Positions 25,855 to 40,812 of a stretch of 64,000 nucleotides of DNA are shown here, one piece after another. Positions within the stretch are counted from its first letter, which is position 1; the number at the start of each line of letters is the position of its first letter. A model generated the notes under the pieces. That model was not told where the DNA came from. It saw nothing but the letters and a program-made list of their open reading frames with translations, and made no database searches. Position numbers and translations under genes: made by a program. The stretch comes from the human T2T-CHM13v2.0 reference genome, Homo sapiens: the NCBI RefSeq assembly GCF_009914755.1, contig NC_060933.1; one strand, written 5' to 3'.

Positions 25855-26600
25855 ACGCACACACACCACATCACACACAGCACACATCACATTACACCAC
25901 ACAGCACACACACCTCACATCACACCACATACCCCACATCACACCATACACCACACATCCCACATCACACCACACACCACACTCACACATCACATCACAC
26001 ACCCCACATACATGCAGCACACATGCCACATCACACCACACACCCAACATACACGAACCACACACACATCACACATATCATATCACACCACACACCCCCC
26101 ATATATATGTGCACCACACACACATCACACCACCCACCACGCACACATCACAGCACACATCACATACACACCCCATACCCCACACACCACATACACATCA
26201 CATACCATCATACACCACACCATACCACACACACAAACCACACCCCACACACACACACAACACACCAAACATAACACACCACACACTGTTGTGTGCAAGT
26301 ATGTGTATGTATATACCACATACATACTTGGCATACACACATACACTTGTATGTGGTATATACATACTTGCACACAACACACGCCAAGCACATCACATCA
26401 CACAGATGTACCACAGACATACGCCACATACATACACCATATACCACACAAACAACACACACCACACACATCAAACACATCACACCATACATATAGGTAC
26501 CACACACACACCAAAACACACAGCATGCACACGCACACATGACATACTGCACTACACACACCACACGCATACACACACAACACAGCACACACCACAAACC
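25855..26600. repeat. Degenerate CA-rich low-complexity array
   Basis: CAC/ACA/CACAT units; explains the His/Thr-rich and Cys/Val-rich ORFs. Confidence 0.95.
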
Positions 26601-26694
26601 ACTCATTTAAAGAGAAGCATTTCAACTGTGAGTTTCCACTGCCACCTAAGGGTTCAAATGTGAGAGAGCCAGTTCAAAGGAAAACAACCTCAGA

Positions 26695-26877
26695 CCGAGC
26701 TTGTCTGACTTTGAATGTGGCCCAACACAAATTCATACACTTTCTTTAAACTTTATGAAATTCTTTTGCGATTTTTTTGTAACTCATCAGCTGTCATTAG
26801 TGTTAGTGTATTTTATGTGTGGCCCAAGACAATTCTTCAAATGTGGTCCAGGGACGCCAAAAGATTGCACACCCCTG
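26695..26877. mobile_element. MER30 hAT-Charlie element
   Basis: tttgaatgtggcccaacacaaattc..gtgttagtgtattttatgtgtggcccaagacaattctt..attgcacacccctg. Confidence 0.88.
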
Positions 26878-27343
26878 CTTTGGATCTTAAAATAAGTATG
26901 ATCTGGGTCAAGGAACAGCTGCTTATTTTTTAAGCTCAAGGGCCCAGGAGGATTCCATGAGGGGAAGGAGATGTGCGTAATTTGGATAAGAAACTCACAA
27001 TCTTAATTTAATAGAATCCTCTTTCCACTTTTTTGAGCTCCAGAGATCACACAAGCGGTGTGTGTGTAAATATATATGCATGTGTGTTTGCAGGTTTATA
27101 TGTGCACGTGTGCACACGTGCATGTTTGAGAGATGGTGTGTTTTGAGTGTGCACATCTTTGCACATCTGTCGGAGGAGGGTAGGCAGCAAAGGATGTTCC
27201 CTGGGAAGGCATTGTTGTAGAAAGAATCTCACAAAGGAAATATTCAGAAGCCAAGGGTGGTGGGAAGAGGGCCAAGGGGAGGGCTGGGCAACTTGAAATT
27301 ACACTTACTCATCTGGTTCTCTCGACAAGTAGCCTGTTCTGCT

Positions 27344-27410
27344 GGGCTACTTAGATCCATCTGCAGGCCAGTGCTGTCCTCCACAGGGCAACCGATCAAC
27401 TTTCATGGGC
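27344..27410 (+). repeat. Dispersed 67-bp direct repeat, copy 1 (partner 29567-29633)
   Basis: 61/67 identical; all differences are transitions. Confidence 0.93.
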
Positions 27411-27531
27411 TTCCAGATCAAAACTGACCAATTAGTATAAAGCTTTCTCTGAAGGGCCTGCCCATCAGTTCTTTTAAATACTCTCAGAATGATTGCATTG
27501 TCCAGCCAGGGTTGAAGCCCATGGTCTATAA

Positions 27532-27866
27532 CAGGGGTCAACCAATGTTTTTCCATAAAAGCTCAGATAGCAAGTATCTTCAGGTTTGTAGGCCATATGG
27601 TCTCTGTCACAACTACGCTACTCTGCCCTTATAGCCTGAAACCAGCCATAGATAATCTCCAAAGATATAAACGTGACTGAGTCCCAACAAAACTTTAAGG
27701 ATACTGAAATTTGAATGTCATTTGTTTTTCATTGGTCATAAAGTGTATTTGTTCTTTTCATGTGTTTTCATTCACTGAAAATCCAGAGAGCATCTCGGCT
27801 CACAGGCTGTATACACAAGTAGGCTGTGTTGGATTTGGATGTGGGGGCTAGAGCTTGCCTCCCTTG
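27532..27866. mobile_element. MER58B
   Basis: caggggtcaacc terminus; ggccatatggtctctgtcacaactac core. Confidence 0.85.
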
Positions 27867-28567
27867 ATCTTGATCACTGACTGGCATGTAGCTCAATGTC
27901 TACTGTAAGGTCAGGCTGGATTTTTAACCACCACTGGACATGAGTGTCCTGTAATATTGTCAATAAGTTTATTGATATCTTATTATTGATATTTTACATG
28001 TACGCAGGATTCATTCTTATTCTTGATAGCATGTCTAATGGGTAACTATTTACGTATTTATTTTCTCACCAAGGAGCATAGTGAAGCCAGCAATCTGAAG
28101 TTTGAATTTAAGCTTTTTTGATGATCTCATCTCTAATTTGAAGCCACAGACCTCCAGACAGCAGCAACCTTTAATCTGACAGTCAGAGAAAGGATTAGAG
28201 TGACAGTTTGAAGATGGGTTACTCGTGGTCTTGGTTTTTTTTTCCTTTTGTAGTAGAGCATTGTTGCTTTGAAGATTTATAGGTCAAGAATGTTGTAGAG
28301 ACAGTCATATGCTGCTATTTGCCTGTAGGTAAAGTAAGAATCAAATTTAGCGGCGTTCAGACATGGCTGATATGCCAGGCTGCCAGAGACAAATATGTGA
28401 GTGCTTGCTTAAGTTTGGGGCTTAAGAACCATGTTAGTTTCATTTATTTCTGTAGGTATTTTAGGATTTTCAGTTTTGAGTATCTTAGTCAACTTTTTAT
28501 GTTGATAGTTAATTGCACATTTCATATATCCAACTAAAAAATGTGGAAATAAGCAGATGATCTTTAA

Positions 28568-28909
<342 letters not shown>

Positions 28910-29566
28910 AATCCTAACTTTTTAAATGACAGACACATTGTTTGCCCTTTGCTTGTAATACTTTGAATGGTTAATTTGTATATCCCTTATTGATCTTCAC
29001 TACACCTCAATATGAGTACACTGGACAAGGAGCCATGTTTCCATTTTCAGATAGAATAAGAGAAGTTTGAGAAGCTACCATGTAGCTTTATGAGGCAGGT
29101 TATCTGTTTTACAAGATGTCTTCAGAGTTTTTTCTATCTCTAATTTTTAAATAATTTTTACATTTTTTTCTACTGTGATTCTGAATTTAAAAAAATGGAA
29201 CTAACTTCACACTCTAAATTTGCATTTTTGTCATGCTAAGATATATTCCCCTTCATGTAACTTTTCCTTTAATAGCACAAATTACAGCAACACTAGATGG
29301 TATTATTTTGAAATAGTTTAGAGAGGATCTTTGTGATTCTTCAACAATTAAGTCCTGCAGACACATCTCCATCTTTGGAGGCTCCCTATCTTTTACCAAG
29401 GGTCAAGTATATGGTGACCTTTTCAAACTGTTCCCTGCTAGGTGTCTGAGTTTGGCTCTGAAAGAAATCATTTCCTTTAAGAGCTCGCTCCAAAGCAAAG
29501 CCTTTACACGTGTAACATCTCCTTGGCCACATGCGTCACTCTGCATATAAACAGCCTGATTGGCTG

Positions 29567-29633
29567 GGGCTGCTTAGATCCATCTGTAGGCCAGTGCTGC
29601 CCTCCACAGGACAACCGGTCAACCTTCATGGGC
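29567..29633 (+). repeat. Dispersed 67-bp direct repeat, copy 2
   Basis: 61/67 identical to 27344-27410; runs into the start of a MER5-like element. Confidence 0.93.
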
Positions 29634-29809
29634 ATCAGAATTACCTGAGAAGTTCTGCCAAAAAGACACGCCTGAAGGAGCAGGTGCAGGTCTACCTGGA
29701 ACCCTGGCCTCTGAATGTCACCAAGTGTCCAGGGATTCTTGAAACTTCTCAGGGGACTTTACTCTGTGGTGTGTTGGGCTGTATGGACTGCTGATGTCTC
29801 CTCTGAGAG

Positions 29810-29930
29810 GATTTACAACCCTGGGCACATAAGAATCACGTGGGAGAACTTTAAAAAGTGACAGTCCCAGACTGCACCCCCAGAGATCCTGATTCTGGAA
29901 GTCTGGAGTGGGTGTGGGTCAGGCTAATGA
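29810..29930. mobile_element. MER5-family relic
   Basis: agaatcacgtgggagaactttaaaaa..cccccagagatcctgattc. Confidence 0.7.
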
Positions 29931-30118
29931 AGCTCCTGGAGGCTTGAAGGCTCTGTTAGGTGTGAGCATCCCAGACTCTGCCTGGGTAATTCTAAACCCT
30001 GGTTGCACTTCAGCATCGCACAGGGAGACTTATAGACCACTTGTGTCTCATGTGGTGAGCTGAATAAAGTCCGCGAAGATGTCCACTTCTGCATGCCTGG
30101 AGCCTATGAATATGTTAC

Positions 30119-30845
<727 letters not shown>

Positions 30846-31329
30846 ATTACATGGTAAAAAGAACTTTGCAGATGTGATTTGGTTAAGGATCTTGTGATGG
30901 GGAGGTTATCCTGATCACCTGGTGGGTACTAAATGAAATCACAAGGATTGCTTATAAGAGGGAGGCAGGCAGTTAAGAGCCAGAGAAAATGTGAAGATGG
31001 AAGCAGAGATCAGAGTCATGTGAGGTCTGAGTCAAGGAATGTAGATGACCTCTAAAAACTGAGAAAAGCAAAGACATTGATTCTCCTCTAGATCCTTCAG
31101 AAGTAATGCAGCCTGCCAACACTTTGATTTTAGTCCACTGAAACTAATTTTGAACTTCTGACCTTCAGAACTGCAAGATCATAAATCTGTTATTTTAAAC
31201 CACTAAGTTTATGGTAATTTGTTACAGTGGCAACAGGAAATGAATACAACTGAGACCTCAGCACAGACCATGTAGACCAGAATCTCTGGTGCTCTTTCCT
31301 CCCTGCTTCTCCCGTTAAGAAACATCTTA

Positions 31330-32215
31330 GTTTATGACAGTCTAGTTTGAGTTAACGCCAAATTAATTTCACAGGTATACAAAAACTTTGCTTCTATGAT
31401 CTTTGATCCTCCCTCCCACCTTCATGCTGCTATTGTTACAGATTACATCTTTATACATTGTGTGCCCATCACTCAAGATTTAGAATTACTGTTTTATGTA
31501 GTGGTCTTTTAAATCAGACAGAAAAAAAGAAAGAAATGGCTGGGTGCGGTGGCTTATGCCTATAATCCCAGCACTTTCGGGGGCCAAGGCGGGTGGATCA
31601 CCTGAGGCCAGGAGTTCAAGGCCAGCCTGGCTAACATGGCGAAACCCTGTCTCTACTAAAAATACAAAAACTACCTGGGCACACTGGTGTGTGCCTGTAA
31701 TCCCAGCTACTCAGGAGGCTGAGGCCAGAAGAATCGCTTGAACCCAGGAGGCAGAGGTTGCAGTGAGCCAAGATCACACCACTGCACTCCAGCCTGGGTA
31801 ACAGAGTAAGATTCCATCTAAAAAAAAAAAAGGAAAAAAGAAAGAAGTTATGAACCAAAAGTACCTTTATACTGTTTTTTACTTTTACCTATGTTGTCAC
31901 ATTAACAGGGCCTTTTATTTGTTAGTGTGGATTTGAGTTACTACCTAATTTCCTTCCATTTCAACATGACGTGTTCCCTTTAGCATTTCTTGGGAGAAGG
32001 TCAGCTAGTGACAAATTCTCTCAGCTCACCTTTTCTTTTTAAAATTATAGCATGTCTTAATTTCTCCTTTGAAGGATGGATTTGCTGGATGTAGAATTCG
32101 CCATTGACAGATTTTTCTTTCTTTCCACACTTTGAGTATGCCAGCTCACCTCCACAATTATGAGTAGTCAGCCATTAGGCTTACTGAAGTTCCTTTGTGC
32201 GTGGGGACTCACCTG
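31330..32215 (-). mobile_element. Old L1M (L1MC/MD-type) inter-ORF/ORF1 fragment
   Basis: ttagcatttcttg..ctagtgacaaattctctcagc..gctggatgtagaattc. Confidence 0.7.
31538..31846 (+). mobile_element. Alu SINE (AluS)
   Basis: Dimer with A-rich tail. Confidence 0.95.
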
Positions 32216-32229
32216 TCAGTGAGGTGTGA

Positions 32230-32592
32230 AATTGCCAGCATTTCTTTATTTCTCACTCTTGAGTTTGCAGGTGGGCCGTGGCAGTTCTACTGAAGTCCGC
32301 AGGTGGGAAGGGCAGAGATCTGATTCTCCTGCATTTCCAGGCAGAAGGCACAACCACTCTCTGGGACGCATGGCTCTGATGCGATAAGAGCACACAGAGT
32401 GAGCCCAATGCACCATGTGTGTTTGGCTCTTAGCTTGGACAGGCAAATCCACATCCACTCACATTCCAACAAGCCAAAGCAAGTCACCCAGCCCATTGCT
32501 TCTGGGACAAGGATGTACATTCCTCCTGGGCGTGGGGGTGCGGGTACCGCAAGGGGAATAAATTTTTCCTGAGCTACGATACAATCTCCCAC
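32230..32592 (-). mobile_element. Old MaLR LTR (MLT1I/J/K-like)
   Basis: catccactcacattcca..gccaaagcaagtcac motif. Confidence 0.55.
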
Positions 32593-33688
32593 CAAAAGTC
32601 ATACAGCCATTTAGTTAACAACTTTTCTTGAATAGTTCAGTTATCATCAATGATCCACATATTGATAAACATGACTTGACAATAATAACAATGTTAGCAT
32701 TTTACACTATTTTCTAGAAGCTTCACTATGCTTCATTTATTCTCAGAAATTCTCTCTAGGATAAGCTTCATGGGCAGAAAGAAGAATGAATGAAAGCCAC
32801 GTAAAAAGGACTGTAAAAGCCAGTAAAAAGGGCTGGAATAAATGGGACAAATCATCATCCTTTTCTATACCCTTATTTCATCTGTGTGAACACATTTGCT
32901 TGCTGATTTGTAATCAGAACCTGTGGCCAAAGAAAAAACTGTCTGTCATCTTAGCTCCAGAAAGCTACTGTCATCTTACTGCATCCCAGGTGGCTTCTTT
33001 TGCAGGATTCCTGGAAGGATGATGTTAGCTCTGCTGTTTCACTGGAAGAGTGACTTCACTGGGCCAGCCCTGTGTCCTTCCCACAAATGTGGTTCAGGAT
33101 TTCATCCAACATAGCTCTTTACCGTGGTGCTGCCTCTAATTTGGGTTTACCATTACCCCACTGGAAGCCAAGAAATATTTACCCTATTTATATTTAGCAC
33201 TTGAATCAGAGTGTTATGATATCAAAGTCCATGTAAACTGCTGAACAGAACTTTAAAACAGCATCCTGAATCAGAATGCATGCCCTATTTTGTTGTTGTA
33301 TGAGTTTGTTTTCATTTATGAAAAGGTGATTTGAAAAAGGACTGCAAATTCCTCCTTCTCTTCTAGGCCTGCTACTGCAGCATCTCTGTTTTCACTGTCT
33401 AGATTTTGTGTCTAAACATTCCTTTGTAATTTATAAGATTGTTGAACGTGGGCTCAGATCTTCACTTCTGTGACCTTAGTCCCAGACACTGCTGTCATCC
33501 ATAAAGGTACTATAAGACCCCCTTACATCACTCTTTTAAGACAGACACCTTCAACTGAAATGCATTGCATGTGACTTCCTCATTTCAATGACTAATTAAA
33601 TTGTGAGTAAATTTATGTAGAATAAAGTGAAAGGTTCTTAATGTAGTTATATTTAATATGTTACTTCTTCATTAAAGAGCTTCCTCTG

Positions 33689-34010
<322 letters not shown>

Positions 34011-34789
34011 CTACTTTTGGTAAAGTGGGTATTTTGAGTGGCATAACTAGCATGAGCAGCATATCAGTGCAAATGCAGTAACACTATGAATTAAAAAGGG
34101 AATAAGAAAGGTCTTGTGTTTGATCAAATATTTATCTATTAATGTAGAAATTCTCCTTGGAACCCTGGTTGGTGCTATTGCTTTTAACAGTAATGAAAAG
34201 AAAGAAGCAAACCTATCAGAGACTCTCCAAATTCCAAGCAACGGTGATCCCAGAAGCCTTGTTCTCTTCCCAGCTTGCTTTTATTCCGTTAAGTGCCTTT
34301 GTGGCCAAGTCACAGTCCTGGCAGCTAATGGCATGACTCATGCAGTGAACACACCTGCTCAGGCTGGATTCGAATCAGGAAATATTGGACACTGTCCTTG
34401 GAACTATATTTATAGCAAATGGAAGCTGTCAAAACAAAACTGTTTATTAGCAACATAGCATGGGTCTCCTAGAAAACAAATTTAAAAGTAGTGCTCCTCA
34501 GGCCTCTGTTTCTCTTGAAGTAAGAATAACTTCATTCTCAACCAACATGACAAAGATTTCCGTGATAGCACTGGCTAGTCTGATACACCATACTTATTTT
34601 TTCCAGTTAACATGTTATTTTTTTTCCAGTTAACATGAACATCTCTATACTCAGCCAAGGAGCTGTAATAACAGAGTTCCATTTGACAACAGAGCTGTCA
34701 GTGTGAATACCTTTTGCTTTCTTCTTTTCTCATTTCAGACTCTGGGACTTTGTACACAGCCAGGATTTCAGTTACCATGGGATATTTCC

Positions 34790-35290
34790 AAATTTAATCT
34801 CCAGCCAAAGTGTGGATATTTATGCATATTTCATAATTCAGATAGCTTACTAGACATAACCATTTGGTTTTAACACAGATACCTACGTCCAAAACTTAAT
34901 TTTTTTTTTATTTCTTTAAACTTGCTTCTTTCTCCATAGTCTCTAGTTTGGTTAGAAACAGCACTACCTAATTAAGCAAGACTTTTAGTAATCATCCTTT
35001 CTTCCTCTTCCTCCTTGTCGTTCTCATTTCCACGTGCCCACTAGTTGCACTCTTCCATGCAGACACCTCCTAAACCCTTTGGCATTGGTTTCCCTGCCTC
35101 TCTTTCCTAGGCCTGCCATTCCACTAGAGGCTACGCTCTCTCTCACTGGACAATTACAACAACCTACTGCAGTGACTCAGCCCTTGGAACATGGACTCTG
35201 GGTTGGTTGGTTTGTGTATAAAAAACCCACTCCCAGGAGAGTCTTTGCCTGTCCTTCTTCCAACTGATCTTCTACTCAGGAAAACTGTTA
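34790..35290 (+). mobile_element. L2 fragment carrying a 60-bp LTR-derived insert
   Basis: cactggacaattacaacaacctact resembles L2; insert at 35185-35244. Confidence 0.5.
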
Positions 35291-35797
35291 TGTGTATATG
35301 ACTACTTTGCTGATTTTTATTGTTGTTATTGATGATGACCCGTTTTTGCTCAGGCAGGAAGTCCATCTAGGGAAGCCACTGTCTTTGTGAAAACTTCACA
35401 CTGCAGCATATGGGACCAGGATCCTGGACACAGCAAATGTCAGCCCCAACCCCCATGTCCCCCAGATCTGTATTTCCAGCATAAACACAGGCTGGTTGGA
35501 GGAAACAGGCTGCATTTAGACACATCAAAGCAACTTGAATGCCAGAAAGAAAATAGAGTCCTATGGCTATTAGAGAGGGAAGACATCCAAGAAAATTGTC
35601 ATCAGAGACTGTATCCAGTTGAGCAAACTCGTCTTTCAACTTAGTAAGGGTAATTACTATGCAAGTGTGTGTACTTACCAAGAATAAAATCTCCAGGGAC
35701 ACAGAGGAGACATTCCGGGTCTTTTGCCCTGGCCCCCTATGGCTGTTTGCACTGTGTCTTCTGTGTTAAAATGTACCTGAAATTTGTCTTCAGCAGG

Positions 35798-36690
35798 TGT
35801 GGTAGGGCAAACAACACAGAAATGACTGATATGGAGGAAGAAGTTTTTGCTCATAGTTCCCTAGAAACAGGAAGCACTCTATGCTGGGCCACATGGGGAG
35901 GCACAAGGCTTGGCCAGGAGGCAGAGAGGATAGAGGGAAAAACATGGGAAAGTGCTTTTATTGTGGTTTTCAAAGGAAGAAATGGGCAAGGCAGAGTAAG
36001 CAGCCTAGAATTTTCTAGTTTAATTCCCATGAACTCTGAGCATAAGGGATGTCTCTAGTTGTCTGCTGCTGGCCCTGGGATGACTAGGGCAGAGGAACAT
36101 TGCCTCCTGTAGTATAACAGTCAGACAGAGGAGGATGTATGGAACATGGGCTCTGGGTTCATTGGTTTGTGTATAAAAAGCCCATTCCCAGGAGAGTCTG
36201 CTGTCTGTGAGAACTGGTTGGCCCTGGGAGCAGCAGTCTCTCCCCAGTCATGAGCCCCTATCTTAGTCCATTTTGTGTTGCTATAACAGAATACCACACA
36301 CAGGGGAATTTATAAAGAATAGAATTTCACTTAGCTAATAATTCTGGTGGCTGGGAAGTCCAAGATCGGGCAGCTGCATCTGCTGAGGGCCTTCTTGCTG
36401 CATTATCCCATGGTATCCCATGGTGGAAGGGTGGATGGGCAACTGAGCACTTGCAAAAGAGAACCAGGCCAGACTCACTTGATAACAACCACTCTTGACT
36501 AACCACTCCAAAGATTAACCATTCATGAGGGCAGAGCCCTCATAACCCAATCACCTCTGATTAGGCCCCATCTCCCAACACTGTTGCATTGTGAATTAAA
36601 TTTCCAACACATGAGCTTTTGGGGAACACATTCAAACCATAGCAGTTCCCACCTGTCGAAGTATGATAAAGAAGGAAATAAACAACAGCA
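35798..36690 (-). mobile_element. ERVL-type LTR (LTR53/MER54 group), split by an MST LTR
   Basis: tgtggtagggcaa terminus; ccaggaggcagag, ctttattgtggttt and ggccctgggatgactagggcag motifs. Confidence 0.65.
36259..36644 (-). mobile_element. MST-family MaLR LTR
   Basis: tcttagtccattttgtgttgctataacagaatacc .. cacattcaaaccatagca. Confidence 0.88.
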
Positions 36691-36780
36691 TTTCCAGGTT
36701 TATCTTGGGCTGCTCTGACCAACCCCAGAGAATGATCTGTGAACACACTTGCTTTGTTTGCATCTCAGTGGCTCATGTTT

Positions 36781-37212
36781 TGTAGCAGAATCTGCTCTTG
36801 CCCTGCCGAAATTTTTCAGGCATTATTATTTAGAATGCTCCAGTGACTTCTGACTGCCAGTATCTGTGTATTTGGGCCTTTAGGAATTCTCCAAAGCCAA
36901 GTCAAAACTACACTGCCCTTCTAATGAAAGGCCAGGTATGACCATCGCCAATGGGCTGCAGTATATGACTGTATAAATACCCCAGCTCCCTCTCCTCTAG
37001 GTGTGTGCTCTTCACCATTTCCCAGTTTCCCTGTGAAATTAGGTTCCAAACGCTCACTTTGCTTGCTAACTTTATGCTGTATGTTTTCTCCAGTTGCCCT
37101 TCTTTTCTTCAACATTTTCTCATTTACCTACCTGTGTTCCCTACAGTCCCATATAAACTACTTGCACATCCTTGTACTGGGATCTGCTTCTAGGGGAGTA
37201 CAAACTCAATCA
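36781..37212 (+). mobile_element. LTR16-family ERVL LTR
   Basis: tataaataccccagctccc; ataaactacttgcac..tctgcttctagggga. Confidence 0.7.
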
Positions 37213-37540
37213 TGCCCTCCTTTCCCTCTGCCTAGAATGTTGCTCCTTTCTTCTTGACCTGAAGAACTGCTAGAGAGCTTTCAAACTGTATCCAAAAGTG
37301 TGACATCTTCAGGAAGTCTTATCTGTTACTTGATGCTGGCTTTCCCACTCTTTTGTCTGTATTCTCACAGCATTTTCTGTATACCATCACTTAATATGTT
37401 GTGATTTATTAAATACATTTTTCTCCTTTCTAGGACTGGAAGTTCCATGAAGGACAGCGATTGTCTAATTCTTTTCCTTTGCACCCAAAAGAGCCTGGCA
37501 CCATGGTAAGTGATGTATAAATTCTGGGCAAATGACAGAA
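37213..37540 (+). mobile_element. L2 3' end
   Basis: ccctctgcctagaatg; gactggaagttccatgaaggacag; gcctggcaccatggtaagtg. Confidence 0.7.
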
Positions 37541-37853
37541 TCTCTAAAATCAAATATACATTTTTTTACACTTTTTGGAGATTCACTTCTGTCTTAAAAT
37601 CTGCAATAATTTGCCTCTCTCTGCACCTTACTCTGATTATTTTTATTATAAAAAGATATAAGTTTGGGCACCAAGAGACAAAAATCACCATTATATATTT
37701 TTAAATATTGTCTCTTTATTGCTCGCAAACATTGCCAGATGATATGCAAATATTGCCTGATTTTTGGTTACAACCCCTGCCAAAAGGTGAGGATTTTCAA
37801 TTGTCCAATGGCCCCAGGCCCTTGATCTGGCTGTCTTTACTACTTTGGGGATA

Positions 37854-38223
37854 TGCTATGGCTTGAATGCATGTATCACTCCAAAATTCATATGTTGGAA
37901 CTTAATTCCCAAGGTGACAATATTAATAGGTGGGGCCCTTGGAGGTGATAAGACCCTGAGGGCTCCACCCCTGTGGATGGGATTAGTGCCCTTATAAAAC
38001 GGCTTGAGAGAGAGTATTTGTCCCTTTTCTTGATCTGTCCTTCCACCAGGGAAGGACACAGCAACTAGGCACCATCTTGAAGTAATATCCCTCAGCAGAT
38101 ATCAAACTGCCAGCATCTTGATCTTGGACTTCCCAGCCTCCAGAACTGAGAAATCAATCTATTGTTTATAAATCATCCCATCTAATGTGTTTTTGTTATA
38201 ACAGCAAGAAGGGACCAAAGGTA
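37854..38223 (+). mobile_element. MLT1A-like MaLR LTR
   Basis: tgctatggcttgaatg..cttgatcttggacttcccagcctccagaactg. Confidence 0.85.
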
Positions 38224-39189
38224 GATGACAGAGCCTATGCTAAAAGTCTTAACACTCCAACCTCATTGAGGACTCTAAGAATTGGCTTTATGAAAACATA
38301 TAAAAGCAAGCAAGCATCATTTCAAGAGAAAGCAGAGCTTCTAGCAAAGAATTTGCAAATATTCCATGTTCTTATCATCTGCTGTTTATACAAGAACCAG
38401 ACTTTTGATGTTCCTTTTTCATTCCCAGCAGCTGGTCAATGTGCTGAAGAGAAGGAAAGATAGTCTTTCAGGACTATACGGAGAATTTCATCAAGGGTCA
38501 TCCAGGAATGAAAGGCTTCCGGCTTCAGGAAAGAATTTTCTATGGTAGTTTCATCACACACTTTTTACTACCAAATCCTCAGATACTCATAAACAGTAAA
38601 CATTAAAGCTCACTCTATTTTTTTTTATTTTTCTAAAATTAAAAACACTATGCAGTGCCCTTAATTCTCTCCTTGTGTCTGGAGGGACCACTGGTTTACT
38701 AGGACTTGAGACTGGGCCACATGTGATGCAATGGCCACAAGGCTGAGACGGGGCTGGGAGAACAGGGATGTGGCCTCCTCTCTGCTGAAGCTGAAATCAC
38801 ACATCAGGCTGAGGATTCTTTGTTTGGGGCCAGGTGCAGGGGTCTCAACTATGCCTAGAAGAGCTCAATGAGAATCTAAATGGCCACCCCAGAACTACAC
38901 AGGGCTGCTGTGTGGACACACAGGTGTTTCCAGGTGACTTTTACAAGGCTGATACAGACTTGCCTTAGAATGTCAATATTTTAATCCATCCATTTAAAAA
39001 GTATAACACATGTCCCATGTTTTTGCCCTTGTTTCATGAGTAACATCTTTTAAAATGCTTGTATCTTAGCTATTTCAAGAAGTCGATTCTGACAGCTCTT
39101 TTGCTTCCACAAACAGTAAGTGCTTCTTTCCTTATCTTGGCTGTGTTTGTTGGGCAGGCTGTTAGTATCAGAGTCTTGAGAAAATTCAG

Positions 39190-39460
39190 ATTTGTGTTTT
39201 TCAAACCATGTTTTAGGGATCCTTATTCTCTTCTAGAAGCTTCATTTAAAAATTAAATAAAAAGTCTCCATAGCTAAGTGAATTTGGATAATTTCGTATG
39301 TACCATGTCAATCTATTGGAGATTCACAAAGTTCTCAATGAAGCAATCTATTTTAACTTCATGGAACTTAACATTTCTCAACCTGTCTAACCATTGCACA
39401 CTTTTCTTGGTAACATCTACTGACATCACTCAGGGGAGAGGAACATAGTTTGAGTATTGC
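39190..39460. mobile_element. hAT-Charlie relic (MER103-like)
   Basis: ttggagattcacaa; ggaacatagtttgagtattgct terminus. Confidence 0.45.
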
Positions 39461-40369
39461 TCCTCTTGATTCTGCCAGAACGACCCTCCCAAGGTCTGCA
39501 TCTTCTCCCCATTCTCTGGCAGGAAACGCAGTAAAGCTGTCTTAGGAGAATAAATGACCTAAGAGAAGGTTCCCCATCTCCTCGTTGTGCTTCCAGACCT
39601 GGGTGCAGCTAGGACATTTTTGTCCTCGGTAGCTTTTGCTGTTTTGATCCAAAGTGAGATCTAAATGTATTGACAACAGATACTTTTTTTTTTTTTTGCA
39701 GAAAATAAAAACAACAAGCAAACAAACAAAACTCCTATGTATATATCATCCATTAAATTTAATGCAAAATTTGTTCTAGGAATTCCGTATTTGTTTAGTT
39801 ACAAAGAGAGACATTACTTTCAGGGTCTTCTCAGGTTTGGACTAATTTCCAAATGCAGAATGCAGAAGAGGTGGCTTTCCAGACACTATATTTCTCTATA
39901 AAGCTGAGGTAGAGCTTTGGCATGTGCTCAGTGTTTCTCCAATCATTGTAAAGTGTCCGGCCCTCTAAGTCTTAGTCATCATGGAAATAACATAAGTGAT
40001 GAGACCCTGAGTGTGTGTGTGCTAGCATCCAGATGAGATGCCTTTGTGCTAAGCAATACAGTTAGAAACAAGAGAATGCTACGTTGGAGATATCATTTCT
40101 ATCCTGAGTTTTGACATCCCAGATGCTTGGCCAAGAAATTAACACCCTTTGTTGGCTATTAGGATTTTTATGCTGTTGAGTCATCTTGTTATTACTAACA
40201 GATCCGACCTCCTGAGTATAGCAAAAGGAGTCAGGAATTCTCTTTTCTTAACTTGCTGTTGCAGATGAGAGTGATCCCACGTGTTATCTTATCTGAATGC
40301 CCCAGTCCTGCATAGTTTTGAAGCCATCTCAGAGTAATACAGCAAGTAACTAACCAGTCTTACAGAATA

Positions 40370-40812
40370 CCATCCCGGAGCAGAGAAACACATGTTGAAC
40401 ATCCCCTCCATCACTGTAGACCCTTTTCCACTCTCTCTGAGTACCAGGCTCTCCTCCATCTTCTGGCTCCAGTCAGCTGTGGCCATGGGGATTTGCTCTG
40501 AGAAACTCCAATGGCTGGAGCTGAGTTTTTCACTGCTGGGTTGCTGCAGGCTGGCAATTCCCACTCCTGGAGGCCACAAGCCCTGTCTGACAGTCTTCTC
40601 CAAACAGCCACCGTCATTGGGGTACCAGGTGATGGTAGCTACTCCCTCCTGTTGACTCTTCGGGCTGGAGCTGATAGCCCAAGGGTGCTCCACTCTCCTG
40701 TGCTAATTTTTCAAAATCAAGCCCGTGTATTTGTTGAAAGCACTTAATCAAATTTTTAAAAATTACTGCTTGAGAATGCCACCTCTTTTCAGCCTAGACC
40801 CTAACAGATACA
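40370..40812 (+). mobile_element. LTR33-like ERVL LTR
   Basis: 3' end ttgagaatgccacctct..gaccctaacagataca. Confidence 0.6.

Noticed and set aside
25755-26663. Longest ORF (302 aa, His/Thr-rich) and overlapping ORFs
   Set aside because: Product of a CA-rich low-complexity array that lacks stop codons; non-ATG start; no domain.
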